DNA from: a virus
Taxonomy: Duplodnaviria > Caudoviricetes
Length of the DNA stretch: 35,637 nt
Virus record (IMG/VR): IMGVR_UViG_3300043391_000200
Coordinates: 1-35,637 of that record
Reading direction: 5' to 3' (one strand)
A model generated the notes under the pieces. That model saw only the letters and a program-made list of their open reading frames with translations, was not told the origin of the DNA and searched no databases. Both the position numbers and the translations under genes were made by a program. Positions 32,575 through 35,637 of the stretch are shown piece after piece. Within the stretch, counting starts at the first letter, position 1. Each line of letters begins with the position of its first letter.

Positions 32575-33186
32575 TTAGCCGGAATAAAGAACTGGTTCCC
32601 AAACGCTGCCGTTGGCACTTCCTAAGTATTCGCGAGTGATGCGCCACTTGGTTCCTTCTTGCTGGCCGCTTAATCCAGTCAAAATGAAGTTTACATCTCC
32701 AGTGTTGCCTCCATAGCCAGTGTCTGAGAGTCTTCCAACATCAGCCGCGCTAGGATCGCTATCTTCAAGTGTCGTGCATTTAATTGTAATTCGAGGAGCG
32801 AAATAATTAGAAATTCCCTTTTGCCAAAGCAAGAAAAGCGTCACCATTTTGCCGTCCTCGTCGTCTGCCGGGTTCCACCCGTTAAGTTCGGGATTGGTTG
32901 GATTCTGTTTCCACATCGCCCAATCGCGTCTTTGCTTGCTAGTCATTTCCTTAAAGTAAGGATGCGACTCCACGGGCTCCTGCGTAGTGGAAACGTCCAG
33001 CGCGTAAACCGGCGGCATTACGTCAAAAAACTCTTCGACGATTGTTATCACCCCATCGGTTTTGGTCACTCGCGAAGACCTGCAACCTGCCGCTGGATCC
33101 TCCCATGCAAACGCCTGCTTGGTAGTCGTGCGAGTGACAAGCCCCGTCGGGTCTTTGCTAACTTCAATCTGCGTTTCCGTTGCCAT
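32575..33186 (-). CDS. Minor tail protein after the tape measure (distal tail / hub candidate), 203 aa
   Basis: Position directly after TMP. EPVESHPYF motif. Confidence 0.7.
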   Translation of the reverse strand: MATETQIEVSKDPTGLVTRTTTKQAFAWEDPAAGCRSSRVTKTDGVITIVEEFFDVMPPVYALDVSTTQEPVESHPYFKEMTSKQRRDWAMWKQNPTNPELNGWNPADDEDGKMVTLFLLWQKGISNYFAPRITIKCTTLEDSDPSAADVGRLSDTGYGGNTGDVNFILTGLSGQQEGTKWRITREYLGSANGSVWEPVLYSG

Positions 33187-33189
33187 AAA

Positions 33190-34539
33190 TTAAGCAGTGA
33201 GCACCATTCCGCCAGATTGGCTTGGTGAGATTTGGTAGCTTTGTCCGCCAGCTTTGACTGCGTCGATGAGGTCTTTCATATAGTCGCGGATGTCCTCCTG
33301 AATTCGCACGGACTGATATGCTGGCGAGTTGTCTTGGCCGCCAGAAAGCAGCCCAGATCCTCCACCCACTTTTTGCAGGCTTGAAATGTCTGGCATGCCA
33401 AGCGGCCCGGTTGATCCGGTTGTAGCTTTTTTGATGAAATCCATCCCAGTTGGAGCTGCTCCTGGCGTTGGATTGTCTGCTCTGGCTTGAGCCGCGGTTG
33501 CCTCTTTTGACGCGTTGATTGCGTCCATGGCGCCTTGAATTTTCGCCTCCGTTTCTGTTGTGTCAAAAACAGGCCCGCCCGCCCTTGCTTGGATCTCAGC
33601 CTCTTGGATTGCTGCTTTTTGAGCAGCCTCGCCCTTAAAAACGTTTTTCACCGATGCCGCCGTTTGTGCCATCAGCACTTTGATTTCTTCCGCTAAAAAA
33701 TTAACGGCGCTTTGAAAGGCCAGCTTCATCGTGTTGTAAATCAACTCACCAGTGGATCCAAAATTTTGAAAGTAGTTGATCCAAAACGAAATTGCGTCGC
33801 CAAATGCTTGCCCAATTTTGGACAAGTCAATTTTTGCGGCGGCCTCAATAACCCCCATAAGTTGCGGCACAACTTCCGATGCAACTCCCACAAAGAATCC
33901 TTGAAGTTTATCTCCCACTACGGACAAGAGGTCGCTTGCCTTTCCAAAGATCCCAGCGTTTTCGAGCATCAACGCCGCTTGATTCCCGAGCAGTTCGCGG
34001 ACTTCGTCCATTCCCCCAGAAGCAAAAACTGCAAGCAACTTGGCCCCCTGTTTCCCAAAGATCTCCATCGCCATCGCGGAACGTTGAGCCGGGTTCTCAA
34101 TTTTGGAAATAGCCTGGCCCACTTTTGCCAACTGCTCGTCTGCCGTGAGTCCTTGGAGCTCGCTGATATTTAGCCCCATTTGGGCAAACTTTGCGGCGGC
34201 GTCCACGCTGCCACTGGCCGCTTCAGAGATGGACTTTTGCAGCTTTGCCAAAACCGGCTGCACCTGTTCAGCCTTCATCCCGTTCAAATCGAAGGCCAAC
34301 TGAAGCTCCATTAACTTGTCGATGGCAACGCCGGTTTGAGCGTTTAGGTCAACCAAGTCATCGCCCGCTTGAATGGCGCCATAAAACCCCCGTGCGGCTG
34401 CTGCCAACGCGCTAAACACGGCAGCACCACCGACAACGTTTTGGATCATCGACCCAAGCCCTGACATGGCCGATTGCGCTCGGTTGATGCCACTTACAAA
34501 CCCGCTGGTATCTGCGCCGATCTGGATGGTGTTTGCCAT
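33190..34539 (-). CDS. Tape measure protein, allele B (449 aa)
   Basis: IGADTSGF N-terminus, Ala/Gln-rich helical sequence, AMEIFGKQGAKLL and SLQKVGGG. Confidence 0.88.
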   Translation of the reverse strand: MANTIQIGADTSGFVSGINRAQSAMSGLGSMIQNVVGGAAVFSALAAAARGFYGAIQAGDDLVDLNAQTGVAIDKLMELQLAFDLNGMKAEQVQPVLAKLQKSISEAASGSVDAAAKFAQMGLNISELQGLTADEQLAKVGQAISKIENPAQRSAMAMEIFGKQGAKLLAVFASGGMDEVRELLGNQAALMLENAGIFGKASDLLSVVGDKLQGFFVGVASEVVPQLMGVIEAAAKIDLSKIGQAFGDAISFWINYFQNFGSTGELIYNTMKLAFQSAVNFLAEEIKVLMAQTAASVKNVFKGEAAQKAAIQEAEIQARAGGPVFDTTETEAKIQGAMDAINASKEATAAQARADNPTPGAAPTGMDFIKKATTGSTGPLGMPDISSLQKVGGGSGLLSGGQDNSPAYQSVRIQEDIRDYMKDLIDAVKAGGQSYQISPSQSGGMVLTA

Positions 34540-34545
34540 AAGTTT

Positions 34546-35298
34546 TTAACGAGAGAAAACGTCACTGCGCCGAATTGCTCTGGCTGCGATTCCCGAGACT
34601 AAGCGTCTCCGCATTGCCTCTGCTTGAATGTCGTAAGCCTGCTGAAGTGCTCGCTGAATTGCAGCCGAGTCAGTGTGCTTGTTTGGGTTTCTAGCCCGAA
34701 ACGCAACAATATTTCCACTAACGCGAAGCGCTGCGGTTCCAGAGTTTTTGCTTTGAAGTCTTCCTACCCATTCTGGAAATATCACGCCCAACCGAGCTGC
34801 GGCCTTACACCATCCAGCAGCGGTGACTCCGATTGTACGTTCCAACAATCTTTCTACTTCTGCGCGCTTTGCAACGGTCGAAAAATGTTTTGGAGCGCTA
34901 TCTGGGTAACGCTTGTCTGGTTTCTGGTGCTGCTTGATAAACTGCACCAGTGCAGTGGGAGAAGCATCCAGTTCTCTGGAAACAATCTGCAATTGTTCAC
35001 GGCGTGCTGCTCTTCTGGCACGGTCCAACTGCCTTGCAACGGTTGCCTCATTGCGAATCACCAGCGCCTTGCGAAGTGAGTTCCTAATTGCTTTTTTGGA
35101 CGCACGGTAACCCGCTGCAAAAGTTCTGCCAGCCATGGGTGGTGTATATTTGAATGCATTGCGAACCAGTCCGCGGGCCTGCTCCTCCACCACCTCTTGC
35201 GTGGTCCTGCGAGCCACAGCAATCGAACGCTGGAGGTAACGATTAAACCGAACGCCAAACTCTGCCGCATTAGTTGTGACTCGGATGGCGTCACTCAT
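34546..35298 (-). CDS. Basic virion morphogenesis / tail-completion-like protein, allele B (250 aa)
   Basis: About 94% aa identical to 940-1692. Confidence 0.6.
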   Translation of the reverse strand: MSDAIRVTTNAAEFGVRFNRYLQRSIAVARRTTQEVVEEQARGLVRNAFKYTPPMAGRTFAAGYRASKKAIRNSLRKALVIRNEATVARQLDRARRAARREQLQIVSRELDASPTALVQFIKQHQKPDKRYPDSAPKHFSTVAKRAEVERLLERTIGVTAAGWCKAAARLGVIFPEWVGRLQSKNSGTAALRVSGNIVAFRARNPNKHTDSAAIQRALQQAYDIQAEAMRRRLVSGIAARAIRRSDVFSR

Positions 35299-35637
35299 CG
35301 TCCTCGTCCTCCTCCTGCTGGCGCTTCACAAACAGGCTTTCCAATGCCACTTCCTTGCGACGCACGGTCCACGCCCCATTGCCCCAGATCACGGCGTGGT
35401 AAATCCGCATCAACTGGGCCAACGGAACCCGACGTTGTAAGTGGTCTTGCGTCCATCCAGTTTCACGCGCCAGCACTAAGAGAAAGGATTCCTCCCAGCC
35501 TGGCGCCGTTAGTTTTTTGGCGCGTCCTCCCGTGTCTTGCCGGGCTGCGGCAGAACGTCCACGCGGCCCGATTCTACGGCCTCGGCCTGCGCTCGGCACC
35601 ATTCGGCCACTGGCTTTGCCAAAGCCAACGGAAAGGC
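35291..35637 (-). CDS. Tail assembly chaperone G/GT, allele B (5' end outside the window)
   Basis: Slippery A_AAA_AAC at 35512-35518, G stop TAA at 35509-35511, -1 frame continues to 35291. Confidence 0.8.
   Translation of the reverse strand, partial: LSVGFGKASGRMVPSAGRGRRIGPRGRSAAARQDTGGRAKKLTAPGWEESFLLVLARETGWTQDHLQRRVPLAQLMRIYHAVIWGNGAWTVRRKEVALESLFVKRQQEEDEDDE

Larger units (their letters stand above)
33606..35637. repeat. Diverged direct repeat of 1-2031
   Basis: See 1-2031. The final 127 nt are identical. Confidence 0.95.

Noticed and set aside
33606-35637. True long terminal repeat or diversity-generating retroelement template/variable pair
   Set aside because: Differences are mostly synonymous and not adenine-specific, and no reverse transcriptase is present. 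The exact 127-nt terminal overlap points to an assembly bubble.

Overview
The window reads as one complete tailed-phage genome of about 33.6 kb (siphovirus-like, lambda-type packaging module) plus about 2 kb of a diverged second allele of the tail module. Positions 1-2031 are homologous to 33606-35637. The last 127 nt (35511-35637) are identical to 1905-2031, which fits de Bruijn assembly (k=127) of a circular genome of about 33,606 bp through a strain bubble. All genes I can support are on the minus strand. In transcription order they are: early genes (DUF3310-like, small ORFs, Zn-finger, SNF2-helicase/DNA-methyltransferase fusion, Cas4-like nuclease, RecT-like annealase, DUF669-like SSB, SF2 helicase, VRR-NUC, primase-VirE, iteron origin); an HTH regulator; terS, terL, gpW-like, portal, S49 protease, scaffold and capsid; head-tail proteins; two paralogous mini tail-tube genes; a G/GT frameshift chaperone; tape measure, tail tip and fibres; and a holin/lysozyme cassette. 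I recognise no integrase, CI-type repressor, DNA polymerase, tRNA or CRISPR array. The most unusual content is non-coding. It includes a type II hammerhead ribozyme, a CTTGTCCC-N15/16-ATG motif in front of three late genes, a late 3'-UTR complementary to early-gene start regions, a twice-repeated covarying hairpin in the recombination operon, and a structured leader before the regulator. Protein calls come from motif recognition by eye, not from database searches. Several starts were moved downstream of the ORF-track starts, based on ATGA/TAATG coupling.
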